Shown here: piece after piece, positions 43,100 through 55,414 of the stretch
How positions within the stretch are numbered: position 1 is the stretch's first letter
How the letters are laid out: each line of letters starts with the position of its first letter
From: the human T2T-CHM13v2.0 reference genome, Homo sapiens
DNA: 64,000 bases
NCBI RefSeq assembly: GCF_009914755.1
Contig: NC_060929.1
Reading direction: 5' to 3' (one strand)
Notes under the pieces: model-generated
What the model was told of the DNA's origin: nothing
Databases searched by the model: none
What the model saw: the letters and a program-made list of their open reading frames with translations, nothing else
Program-made: the position numbers and the translations under genes

Positions 43100-43590
43100 T
43101 ATGTGCTGGATATTCTCCACTGGCCTCTCCAGATGTCCTTCCCACCCTTCTTCAGCCTGCTCCACGCTCCAGGAGGCTGACCTTTATGGACTACATTAAT
43201 GGGCTCCCTTGCTCTCTGGCTTTCAGTGGCTTTAGTTTGTGGGAGGAACTGGCAGAAGACTGGGCAGCAGGAGGATAAGGAGGTCAGAGTATTTATTTCC
43301 TTGGTTCCTTTTCTGGTAGGCAGCAGGTTGGCAGTAACTGGGTTTCTCTAATGATGCCATAGCTCCTATCATCTCTCATGGTTATAACAGTTTCTGGTTT
43401 TGGTAACTCTTCCTCTTCTTGGCTCTTAGGTTTTTGGGTGGTACAGTTTGCTGCTTTATAAATCCCTGGGGTGTTTTAACATCCCTGCATGCCTCCCTTA
43501 ACCTAGCCGTCTTTGTCCTTGCTTCCTTGGTTAAATTCTTCTGAATTGCCCCCTTTATTTGTGTCTTCTATTTTTTTTAATGGAACATTG
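43100..43590. mobile_element. LTR33-like ERVL LTR
   Basis: tgtgctggatattctcc...ccaggaggctgacctttatggactacattaatgggctcccttgctctctggc. Confidence 0.6.
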
Positions 43591-43747
43591 ATATCATTTA
43601 AATATTAACTATAGCAAATTAATGCTTTCATTATAGAAATGATACAGTGTGGTTATGGAAGGAATATCATCTTTTTTGATTCCTATCTTGTGTCTCTGAC
43701 TCTGCATGATCTTGTTAGGGGAAAAAGTCTGGCCAAGTGGCCCTCCT

Positions 43748-43832
43748 CCTTAGCCCCCTTATTGGGCCTGTCTAGAACCAAGTCAGCGGTTTCCTTGGTC
43801 CCCTTATTGGGCCTGTCTAGGACCAAGTCAGC
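43748..43832 (+). repeat. Two-copy direct repeat, 45-bp period
   Basis: 40-nt unit at 43748-43787 and 43793-43832 with 3 mismatches. Confidence 0.9.
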
Positions 43833-45889
43833 ACTTTGGTCTCTCCCGTCTCAGAATTCCTACTACTTTTTTAGTCCTTACAACAAGGCTTAACACTTCA
43901 CCATTTCCTAATGGCAGACTTTGTCTCATCCATTAGATTCTAAAGTTTCTGAGTGAAAAGAGTATTTTTATATCTATTTTTATGCCCCTGGAGCAATACA
44001 TACATAGCAAAAAAGATCTTAAAGATCCTTTTCTTTCCTTTTCCTTGTAATGTATTTGTGAAGAAATCAGGGTATTTATTCGATAGAGTATCATACATTT
44101 TAGGTTTTGCTGATTGCATCACTAGAGTATCATTTAACATGTTTCTCTGTTCTTTTTCTTTTTTGTGCTGGTGCATCTAGAGGCTAGATCAGATTTAGAT
44201 TAGAGTTTTTGGCAAGAATGTTTCATAGATGGTGGTATGTATTACCAGCAGAAGGTAATCTGATTGTCTCTCTTCTTGTAATGTTAATACTACCTATTAA
44301 TGAGGAAATGTGAGGTTGATAATCCATTATAAAGTCTTTTGTCAGCTTATTATCTATTGCTTTTAGTTGCCATAAATGATCATCATTGCCGTGGTTAATT
44401 AGAAGTTACGTATGATAAGTATTCTTCTCATTCCTTCTGAATTTGTCAGTGGAAATACATCTATACAAGGAAACTTTCCCTCGTAAGCTATTTGATCACC
44501 TTTAAATACACTTTATGTTGCTTACATCATTTTTGTTCTATAATTGCTAGATATAAAACTTTTCTTGTAACACCTACTCATGGTCATTGGACTACAGAAA
44601 TCTAATTATATATTGATGATAATTTAGAATTGTTTAATTTAATTGTACTTACCATGATGTGTGGATTTGTGCATGTGTATTTGTAAGCCTGAGAAAACAT
44701 AAGAAAATAAAGCCGATTTTAAAGCATTGTAATTTTGTTGTTGAAATTAGGAATTTTCCGAGGAGGTTTAGGGAAGAATACAATGTACTAAAATGTAGTA
44801 TTTATGTTTCTAATGTAAAATTAACTTATGACAGGTAAAAACATATCTGGAAAATGGGCATTTGCAGTTCCTACAGCTATTTGGTTCATATACTAATAAC
44901 CCCATTAACTGTGTGACAAGTATCCACTGGGAGTTTAGAAGACAACCTTTGTAGAGTCCTTCCTTTTCTTGAATTATTAATATTATCTTTGAATGGAAGT
45001 TGCAAAATTGCAGTGGGATAAATTTAGTTTGATAGACTTAAAAAGCATAAATAAAATGCTTAAAGGAAAAAATGACTCAATGCTCTAGAGCTGTTTTTAT
45101 AGGATCAAATCCTTTATAAAAGGTTTTTAGTCATGAAACAGAACAAAATTCAACAAACTAATTCAACTAACATTCACTGCATACCCAGTTCCTATGTCAG
45201 GTAGTCTTTGGGAACACAAAGAAGAATAAATCAAGGCGTCACCCCTTAAAACACAATCCAATAGCAGGACTAGCAAAAAAGGAGTTTTGTTGTAATTGCC
45301 TAATACTGAAGTAGAAATGTTTACGACATATAAAGGAAAATCCAAGAGCAGGCCAAAGAATGTTTTTATATTTGATTTTATAGTTCCTCTTAAAAGTTCA
45401 AAGCTAAGGATGCAAATCTGTTGAAACGTTTCTTTTATGAGTTAGAAGTTTAAGGGAAATGAATAGGTCACAGAATCACTGTGAGGGAGGTAGGGAGAAG
45501 CAGAATAACTTTGCCCTTGACCATTATGGTTAAATATATGACTCCATCACTAAACATAAGTACCCCATGTCTGTTTCACCTCTCCTTTGAAAGGAAAAAA
45601 GTATAATTTTTCAGAAGGCACAGTTTCTTCATATTAACTTAGAATTGAATTGGCTTTCCATCTCTTATTTCTGTCAACATTATCAGGCTTGCTAAACTGG
45701 GAATGGGCATTTTATCATTCTGTCTTCTTATATCTTAGTAGCTAGTTAAGAGACTCAGTGGAAACTGCCTAGATGAGTATATTTAATTGATGATAGATGA
45801 AAAGACAAGGATTTCAAAAATTCTGAACAGGTCAATACATTGAAATGGGCCTGGTTACCTGAAAATTATCTACTGATGAATAAACTTAG

Positions 45890-46470
45890 AATGCTGTCAG
45901 GACCTATTGTTTGCCTACTTTTCAGACATCTCCTGTTCTTTCTTGCCTAAGAGAAATTCCCTTTTGTTCCAGCATTGGCCTTCCCTTTCCTGATTAGACT
46001 AAGCCAATTCTGGTCATTCCTTTTCTCTTCCTAATGATTGCTTTAGAGATGGGCATGTGGTATAATTCTGGCCATTTAGATGTGAGGTGAAGTCTTTTGG
46101 AGCTGAAGTGCTTCTGGGAAAGTGTCATTCTTGAAAAGGACCTTAAGGAAGAGACTTTCCCTCCCCTAGCCTTTGGAAATTGCATTGGGCATTGTGACAA
46201 CGACATACTGAAGCTACTGCAACCATCTTGTGATCATGAAGGGAGGCAAATCCATGAAATAAAGGCAACATGCTGAATATGACAAAGCTGAAAGATGGAA
46301 AGAACCTGATTACTTGATGACGTTGTTTAGTTGCTGGATGAAATAATCATTCTTGCATTTGTTCTACTTCTGGACTTCTCATTATGTGAGAGACTACATC
46401 TCTGTTGGTTTAAGTCATTTTAAGTTGGTCTTCTGCAATTTGCAGCCAAATGCATTCTTAGTGATAGTAA
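45890..46470 (+). mobile_element. MLT1J/K-type LTR
   Basis: gggcatgtggtataattctggcca...gcaaccatcttgtgatcatgaaggg...gaaagatggaaagaacctg...ttgcagccaaatgcattct. Confidence 0.7.
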
Positions 46471-48349
46471 ACATTTTCTTAGACCTCTTACATGTGACTG
46501 AGATGCCATGTGTTTAATTTAGTATTATCTTTGTGATATGTCCCGATGACTGTATGCACAATAATCCCAATAAAGAAAAGAGCTATTTCTGATAAACACT
46601 TTCATAGCCATAACAGTGCATTGCCATTTTGCTTTTTAAAAATCATTGTACCAATTTTAAGTGTCACCAGCAATGAAATAAAAATTTAAGCATCTTTCAA
46701 GTTGAAAATTCTGCTAATAGTTGCCATGAGTACATACATTTATTTGAGTTTTACAAGATTATTTGCATATTTTACATACTGTCTTTAACAGGAACCATTT
46801 CAGGCAATGTTATATGGTGCTGATACCAGTTATCAATGCGTAACAAATAGTAAAAGTGCAAATAATACATGAATACATTAATTTTCAAATTGTCGTTTGT
46901 TATATATGTAGCAGAGTCTCACAGTTTATAGACTATTCTTCAAGTAGGCAAAGAAAATAAATATTTTACTTTAAAAAATTGATCTAATTTAGCTTATTAC
47001 ACCTGTGACCTCTGGGTATCAAGGGAAGAAAACCTTCAAAATATCAGTTAAAGGTATCTCACTTTCTTCTGGTTCAAGACAGTCACCTCAACTTTTTAGT
47101 AAGCTATACCTCCTCTTCCCTTTTTTATTTGTCAGTACAGTATTTGGTTGATGGAAAGGGAGGTCTTACATGAATGGCCTTGGGCAGTGGAAGAGGTCTT
47201 AAATGAATGGGATTCATTGCCTCTGTTTCCTTAATTGGTGTCAATTTCAATAACTGTGATTATGAAATTAACCTCCATTTGGCCAGAGGAATTTCTTTTA
47301 CTTCTTCCTTTTATTTAGAAAGGTATTCCCCTATGTCATGCTTTCTCCCTTTCCCAGCTTAGCTTTAGCCCTGCCAACCTCCTTGGAGCCATAACAGAAT
47401 GCTTGCTGGGGAACCAAATATGATTTATGTGGGAGAGGAATGTGAATACATTCAAAATACTAGTATTACAAATATGTAAAACCTGAAAACCCAAAACCTT
47501 GCACAGAACTGTAACATTTATAAATATGCTGAAGTCTGTTGGGTTGTTTCTAAAAGTCATCTACTTTAACATTGTAGTTTTTATTCTTTTCTTACTCTTT
47601 CATGTGAAAAGTATCTGCTTTTGTAGTATATCACTTCACTAGTTCCCAGTGCATCATAAGAAGTTAAAATCACTGTGTGCTGAAAGGGTAAATTAGGTGT
47701 TTAGGTTCCTAAGTTTGTGTTGGTATCACTAGTCTATGGAACAGAAATAGTTTCCAGGGTTGGAAGTCAACAAGCATCCATTGAAATTCTCTACTTGGTG
47801 GCATATTCTTGCTGGAGTCTGTGTAATATCAACATTGCTTTAAATAATTTTCCTTACCTTATTTTATTTTGACTATTTGAGATTTTTAAATTAACCTATT
47901 GACTCATCCTTTTTCTTTTGTTGTCTCAAGCTCTTCGGTTTTTGTCGCTGTTTTTATTGTTTGTTTTTCCCTTGATGTTTTGTCTTTCCTGTTTCTCAAT
48001 CTGCCCTAGTCCCTGTGATCATCACCAAAGGAACTGGTGGGAAAACTTTGTGGTGACTGCTATGTACCATTGCTGCAGGCATTTCTTGAATGGGGTCAGT
48101 GTAGATGACAGCACTAGAGATCCTGGGGGTAAATACCATGGACAGCGAGTGTGGCTAGAGCTTTACATAGTCTTGGGAAGAGCTTGAACTACGAGAAGAG
48201 TACCCACAGGGTCTCAGTCCTTCTAGGGGGAGCCACAGAGAAGAAGAACTGAGTTCTTTAAAATATTAATAAGTTAGGGATATTAACACAAAAGGTAGAT
48301 GTCCAGATATTAATATTGTATTATAGACATGCCTATAAGAACACAGCTT

Positions 48350-49470
48350 ACTTATGGATTTTGATTATCCACATTGTCAACTACCCTCTCCTTAAAACTT
48401 CTCTTTCTTTGTCTTCCAAGGCATGTGGCTACCCTGATTTTTCTCTGAACTCCTTGGCCGCTGTTACTTGGCCAGCCAGTTCACAGCTCTGTCACTTCTC
48501 TTTCCCTTTTTTCTGTCTACTCTCAATACGCTGCCTCCTCTACACACATTGCCCAATTACTATCCAATTTTTATGTTTCCTAAATTTACATCTTTAGGCC
48601 AAGCCTCACCTCTGAACTCCAGACCTTGACCCAACTGCCCCTTTGACATTTACAGATGGATTTTCAAAAGCTGCTCAAATTCAACATGTTCAGTGCCAAA
48701 TTCATTATCTTCTTCAAACCTGGTCATCCGTGTTTTATGTCTCAGTGAATTATATCACCAATACATTCAGTTATGCAAGCCAGAAATCCAGGAGTTATTC
48801 TCAACACTGCCTCCTTACCTTCCTTTCAAATCCACTCCCCAGTCATGTCTATTTTACCTTTTAAATGTCTCTAGAATCTGCCCTCTTTTCTCCTTCTCTA
48901 CTGTCATCACCTAGCTTTAAGCTACAATTTTTCTGAATAGTTACATGGCATCTTCACTAACCTCATCTGGTTAATTTCCATGTCATTTTCCTACAAAAAA
49001 AAAAAATGTCTGTGGCTTTCTGTGGCTGTCATGAAAAACAAAACAACCAAAATTCTTAAATGAACTACAGGCCCTGCATTGTGTGCCACATCTACATGCC
49101 CAGTCCAATTTAAAACATGTTCCTCTGTCTGTGTGTACTGGCTTTTGTTTTTTCTGTCACACCAAGTTCTGTCTAATTACACGGCCTTTGAAAATACTAT
49201 TTCTTACGCTAAAACATTGCCAACCCCCCTTGACCTAGAGCATTTCCTCTGAATTATTAGCTTTTGTAGCAATCTATATTTCTTCTTTGTAGCACTTAAA
49301 ACAGTAAAAATTTAACATTTATGTGTAATTATTTCTTTGCTAAACTAGTAGACTAAGTTTTATGAGGGCAGAGACTATGTATACTTTTGCTCACAGTTTT
49401 GTGAATGTAGAACAGTGTCTGGTTCCTGGGAATTACTCATATATGTTTGCTAAGTGAATGAATGGATGGG
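48350..49470 (-). mobile_element. L2 fragment (about 1.1 kb)
   Basis: ctctgaactccagac...ctcaaattcaacatg...caagccagaaatccaggag...gagggcagagact...gtgaatgaatggatgg. Confidence 0.75.
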
Positions 49471-52400
49471 TAGAAGAATGGCTTTCTGTGCAGCCATTGA
49501 AAGAGATTTAAAGGTAGGCAAGTATTAATGAGATGACTATGGCAAGATATATTAGAATTAGAACAGGCCTGGGGGGAAAAAAACACAGAAATTGAGAAGA
49601 CCACTTTGTTTTCTGATGGTTCATTATAAATGTCAAGAGAATAGAATGCAACTTTGGCAGTAAGATAGTGGACAGACCCATTCAAGTCTAGAGCTTCTCT
49701 CCTATGAAGCTGTATTGTCTCAGTATCAAATATAAGCCACTTAGCACAGAAATATGGTGTTTGGGGTAGTCATTGAGGAGCCTTTGCTGTTCTGAAGTGT
49801 CCACAAACAGATTTGATACATACAGTTAGTTTCTAATCATTTGTATTAAAGGAGAGGAACATCAGTGTGAATAAATGTTGGCACCAGGTTCAGAAGATTG
49901 ACTGATTCCGTATTCAGGGGAACTTGATGAAAAGCATGAACCACTAGCTTAAAGTTGGGAAAGGTGAGTAATGGAGATCGTCAGCACTCCCTGTTCAGAA
50001 TAGCACAGTTTCCTTCATGTAACTCCCGAGTCCCCATCACAGGGAAGCCAAGGAGGTTTCCACCGCTATCGCCACCCTGTTGTATGATAGGCAATTAATG
50101 ATAGTAGATTATTAGTATGTTCCTTTTTGTTTACTCATAAGTGAAAGTATGTGAAAGCTCTAAGACAGCTGTTCCCTCACCAAAATATTTTTCCCTCATC
50201 GTTTGCTCATACAGATTTGTAATTCCCATAGAAGAGCGCTTGCCAGGAGAGTCACTTCCATTTGAACTACTTGGTGTTGAGATTCTTCTCATCATCAGCC
50301 ACAGTGTGATTATAGTTTAAAAATGCAAATGGGATTCTGGGATGAATCAACTGAAGGATAAAATTCATATGAAAAAGTGATCTGTATAAAACCCTAATTA
50401 GGCAGCATCTATGATACAGCCTTTCTTAAACTGTGAGTTTATTGCCACCAAAAGAAGTAGATAAGTGCAAAATTCAACAACTATTTCTAGAGCTCCCAGT
50501 ATGTGTCAGATATAATTCTAAATACCTAGAATGCTAGACAGACACTGTTACAAGATTACATTCTAGGTTGGGAAAAATGTTGATAGGGGATGGAACTAGT
50601 ATAGTGGTAAGGACAAAAGCGAAGCATTTTGGAGAATCATTTGGGAACGTTTTAACATAAAATCTTCACTATGACTGTTTCTTCCACAGCCTAAGAAATA
50701 TGGTAACATCTTTAAAAAATTAAATGGTAAGAAAAAGAAAACTGGGAAAGGGAAACAAGGATAGACTACATATAATAGTGATAGTTTAAGGAATTTTATC
50801 TGTTATTAAGTGTCTTAAATTCTGGCTTCAGAGAGATGGATTATTTAAACTTGAGTTTTTTTGCTTCAGAAAATCTTTTATGCTTTGGTATAATTTTCTT
50901 TTGCTCTAGCTTCCTTTTATACTAGGATGAGGTGGAGAGTACAAACACCACGGAGTTAGTGTGAGCCTCCTATGCATGCATTAAAAACACTTTGGGAGAC
51001 AGCGATTTGATTCTTTTACATAGTTGGATCACATAAAATAAAACTTTGAAAAATAATTTTCCAATTATTTTCTTCCTCTCATAATCAAAATTCTGGCCAA
51101 AGAGGCTTGACCACTTTCCATACGTTTTCCTTGTTGGATGGGTAGAACTACCAACGCTCTTGAAATTTCCATTAGTTTTTCCCAAAATGCAGTTATTCAA
51201 ACCCTAAATGAGTAATATGTGGAAACGTAGGACTTTAGGGTTCCTTACCAGTTTGTCTGGGTTGGATTTAAAATGTACACAATCAGGGGTTGGTATAGAG
51301 ACTATTACCAACTTTCTGATTAGCTACTCTGAGGTACAAAGTCACAACTGCCACCACAAGATGTTTCCACTGGTTCTGGGTTTTGATTACTCCTATTGCA
51401 TATATTTATGGTGTACATCATGCTGTTTTAATATTCATATACATGGTGAAATTATTACTATAGTTAAGCAAATTAATCTCTCCATCATCTTTCACAGTTA
51501 TTTTTATTTTTATTGTTTGGTGTTTTGGTTATTTAATAAGTGATGACTTAGAAAAGTTACCAGAGACCATACTATACACAATATAATATTTCTATGACTT
51601 ATGGCCTATTTACAGGGAACAACCAATTTACAAATAGCCAAAGAAATAAGCAAAAGGGCCATAACCAGATAAAACTGCATCATGTTATCTATTTGTACAC
51701 CTCTTTGTGTCATCACATTGAATAGTCTTTAAGAAAGGTAGTCTGGGAGGATTCTGTACAATAAAAGGTTATTATTCAATCAGGATCAAATCATAGTATT
51801 CAACACTAGAATAGGAATGATATCTTTGGTTTCCCCAAACAAAAATTACTGGTTTTATGTGAACAGTTTTCATATGTAATAATATACAGAGATTTTGTTT
51901 GTCTCATAATAATTTAAATAAGCAGTTGATTTTATTAACGTCCTTTTCCATAGAAACCACTACATCTCTATTCGCAAACAACTAAATCAAAATAAAGAAT
52001 GCTATGAGAGAACTAACTCTTGGTTAAAAATGGGGAGTAATAGGATATTATAGGAGTGTTATAGTAATAAAGCCTTTTTATTTCTAGCACACTATCTTCT
52101 TTTGTCAGAAAAATGTACTTTTCTTGGATAGTTCCCAGTAGCATCAGTAAAAAGGCATCAGCAATATCATATCCCTCTCGATTCAGATTCGGCTGATGTG
52201 CCAAAATAGATAGCACTGGGCACCATGGCTATGTAGATTCATATTATTTCTCCCTTTTTGTATATCTGAGCCTTATGTTAGCAGTTTGAATCTTTAGTAT
52301 TTTACAGACAGTCCCCTGGCACCAAGCTCAGATACAGTGTTCTTTCCACAGAGAGAAAAAGAGGATTCATGATGATGATAAATGGAAAATTGTGAATGGT

Positions 52401-53680
52401 TGTGCTGGTAGTTTGGGTTGAATTATAGAAGCATCCTTACTAGGACAGTGTGTTCATAGGAAGACTATTATAATGGGCAATAAGGTGCTGTCTTTATCTC
52501 TTCAGAATGTGTTTCAGAGAAACATTGATCTGAGTTATGTATATATTTTCAAATAACTTTGCAGAAACAAAATAGTGACAAAATTAAATGGCTGTGGCTC
52601 TAATCTAGTTCATTGCAGTTAGTCACCAAGCTTTTATGAAATGTTCTCAGGTGCTATTGAAAATGTAGGGTACTTGGACTAAAACTTCCTGTTAAATTTT
52701 ATGTTACTTTGATTCCCTTATTTCTCCCATTAATCAACTAAACAACTAAAATTGTGTCTAAGAACTGACAACATTTTTTTAGAGAGGTTTGAAAAATACC
52801 TTTTAACAGCTATCTTTCCATAGTAGAAGAGAAGTGCTTTAATAACCTGGTACAAATTTCATTTCACCAATTTCCAGATTGTTTTTTAACTGCAAACAAA
52901 TTACTTACCATCTTCAGCTTCATTTTTCCATGCGTAAAATGGTGTCTGTAATACCTACCGAATAGTGTTATCATGGAAAATAACTATGATAGAAACTTCT
53001 AATTGTGTATGATACTTGTCTCCTGCAGAGGGTCTCCTTCCTCCCTTCCTTTCCCTCCCCTCCACTTCCCTCCCCTACCCTCCCTTTACCCCACCTCTCT
53101 CTTTCTTCAACTGGCTTTAACAACTTAGGAAAGAAATAGTGGAAATGGGAATGGATTATCATTATTAGACAAGTTGTAAGCCAAAAAATACAAATTGCTA
53201 GAAGAAAGACATTTTCAAATTATTCTCATTTTAAATTGGGTGGCTGATGGTAAAAAATAATAATTATAGTATGGATCTGATGAATTATAAGTATAAATAG
53301 CAGGTTCCTTTATTCTCTGTATTATATGTGACCATCATTGACTTAATTTTTTAAATCAAGAACCAACTTGCTGAATTTGATATATCTATGTATGCCTATA
53401 ACTTCCCTATTCCAAAAACAATGAGATAACTTATAATAAAATCAAAGATAGAGTAAAATCGAAACCTGTTATTCCAAATTAAAAAGAAGTTCTGTTTCCT
53501 TTTCATCATAACCTTTTGATCCTTTTTCATTATAAATATATGCTTAGCTGCTTTAAATTTACTTTTGTTTTTATATTTGCTTTTAAGTCATTATTTGTCA
53601 CATTGCTGGGAATGATCTTGAATATATTAGTATAATGCACAGAGTGCATATATTCAGATCCCAGCTCCTGCACTTTTTGG

Positions 53681-54294
53681 TGTCCAAGATAAATAAGCCA
53701 ACACCACTTAAAGTGGTAAAATAGATTTTATTCAGTAGTTACTATTGCAGTAGGGAAGTGGGTCCAGTGTGAAGTGAACCTAACTTTGACAAAACAAAAG
53801 GGAGGAGACCTTTTAGAAGCTGGGGTGTGGTGAGGGAAAGGCACTGAAGGATGTGAAAGGGAGCTGGTCCATGTGGCTGGGCCATCTGGGTTTGTTATTT
53901 GGGAGGAGAAGCAAACTTATTGTATCTTTATGACAGGAGGCAGTGGTGTCGATTAGAACAAGGTGCCCACTGGACTGAGAGCTGTGCGGTTATCTCCCTG
54001 AATGTAAGAAGACATTTTTGGGTGGTAGAAGATTTACATCTCAAAGGAGCAGAGAAAGGATTTACAGTTGCAAGCTTTCTGAAGTAACTGCTCTAAGAGA
54101 GGGTTTATGCTTGTTACCAGGTTTTGGCTAGAACAAATAATAAAATCTCCTGGAAGCATCTCCTTGAAGGGTGATAGGATCACATGAGGGGTGCAGCTGT
54201 GACCTGTTAGAAACTGTGCTAATGTGTTTCTTCAGGTCTCTTAATGTGTGTGTGTGGGGGGGGGGCGGGGGGAAGAGGGTAGACAAAATCAGCA
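53681..54294 (-). mobile_element. ERV1-class LTR related to the element at 30561
   Basis: Shares taaagtggta...agatttta and ctgttagaaactgt blocks with 30561-31055. Confidence 0.55.
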
Positions 54295-55356
54295 CAAATC
54301 CTTATTAGCAAAATAAAGTTGAATCTATTATAAAGACTTCTAAGAAATGAAACAATGCTGAAATGAGAAGAAAATGGCATATATAAAAGTAGTAACTAAG
54401 AATAGATCACATCTCAGTAATTTTTCAAATTTTAAGATATTTGTTTGATGTGTACTTGAACCCCCTTGTTTTTTAACACACAAGTAGAAACATAGGTACA
54501 AAATTCACAATTTTTTGGTGCTAATTGTTAGGTTTAGAAATGCCAAATGATTTCTATCCATGTTAGTGGAATCTGATCATTCCAGCTCTGTGCAGTAATA
54601 ATCCAGGAAGCATGAATTATTAAAAGAGTGCAGCCTGTATTTGTATTGGGCATATTATTAACAATAGCACATACTTTATTGTGTATGGATTTCCATTAAG
54701 GAAGTGGAGTACATTGAATCTCATTCTCCTTAAATTGTAATTTTTATCACTAAAATTTCTTGATGTTAATATATTTGATAGTGAAAAAATGACCATTTAG
54801 ATGAGACCAATAACTAGAAAAGAAATAATAGCTTGAGTTAATGTTGATTTCTTCAATGTATTACATAAAAAAATTTAAAGTAAGGGAGGGCAACCAAAAA
54901 TAATAAATTTTAAGACCAACTTTTATTCATTGTACTTCTCTAATATTTGAGGCATTTGTAAAGTGATTCAGGAAATTAAATATTTAATTTTGCAAATAGC
55001 AAAGATGGTCAAAACTAACTTCTACCATTTTAAAATCAAATGCATTAAATTGTTCTACTCTTTTTATAAAAGCATCTAAAAATTTGCCTTTTAACTTAGA
55101 GAGTATTAGAAATATCACTCATGATGATTGGCTTTATAAATAGGATCTAAAGTTGTTTAGGAAAGAGTCTTAGACAAACTTTTAGGGTATCTAAGTTCTG
55201 GACTTAGCCTTTCCATTAACCTGCCACTCAGCCCTCAGAAGGAAAACTACCCTCACTGACTACTTTTTACAGTCATAGAAGCCACGTTTTAATAGTTATT
55301 ATTTCTTCCTTACTAGCAACAGTTTAATTTGGATTTTTTAATCTTTTTTTTAATAG

Positions 55357-55414
55357 TCCGATACATACTTCTGCATGTCTATGCGAATACCAGTGGATGA
55401 GGAAGCCTTCGTGA
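55357..55414 (+). CDS. PAM: PAM third coding exon, 58 nt, SDTYFCMSMRIPVDEEAFV(I); copper monooxygenase (PHM) N-terminal domain
   Basis: Acceptor cttttttttaatag|TCC, donor TGA|GTAAGT; phase 0 continuation of ...TPKQ; matches known PAM sequence. Too short for the ORF track. Gene continues beyond the window. Confidence 0.95.

Noticed and set aside
43748-43832. CRISPR-like repeat
   Set aside because: Only two copies with a 5-nt gap, in human DNA, no cas genes.
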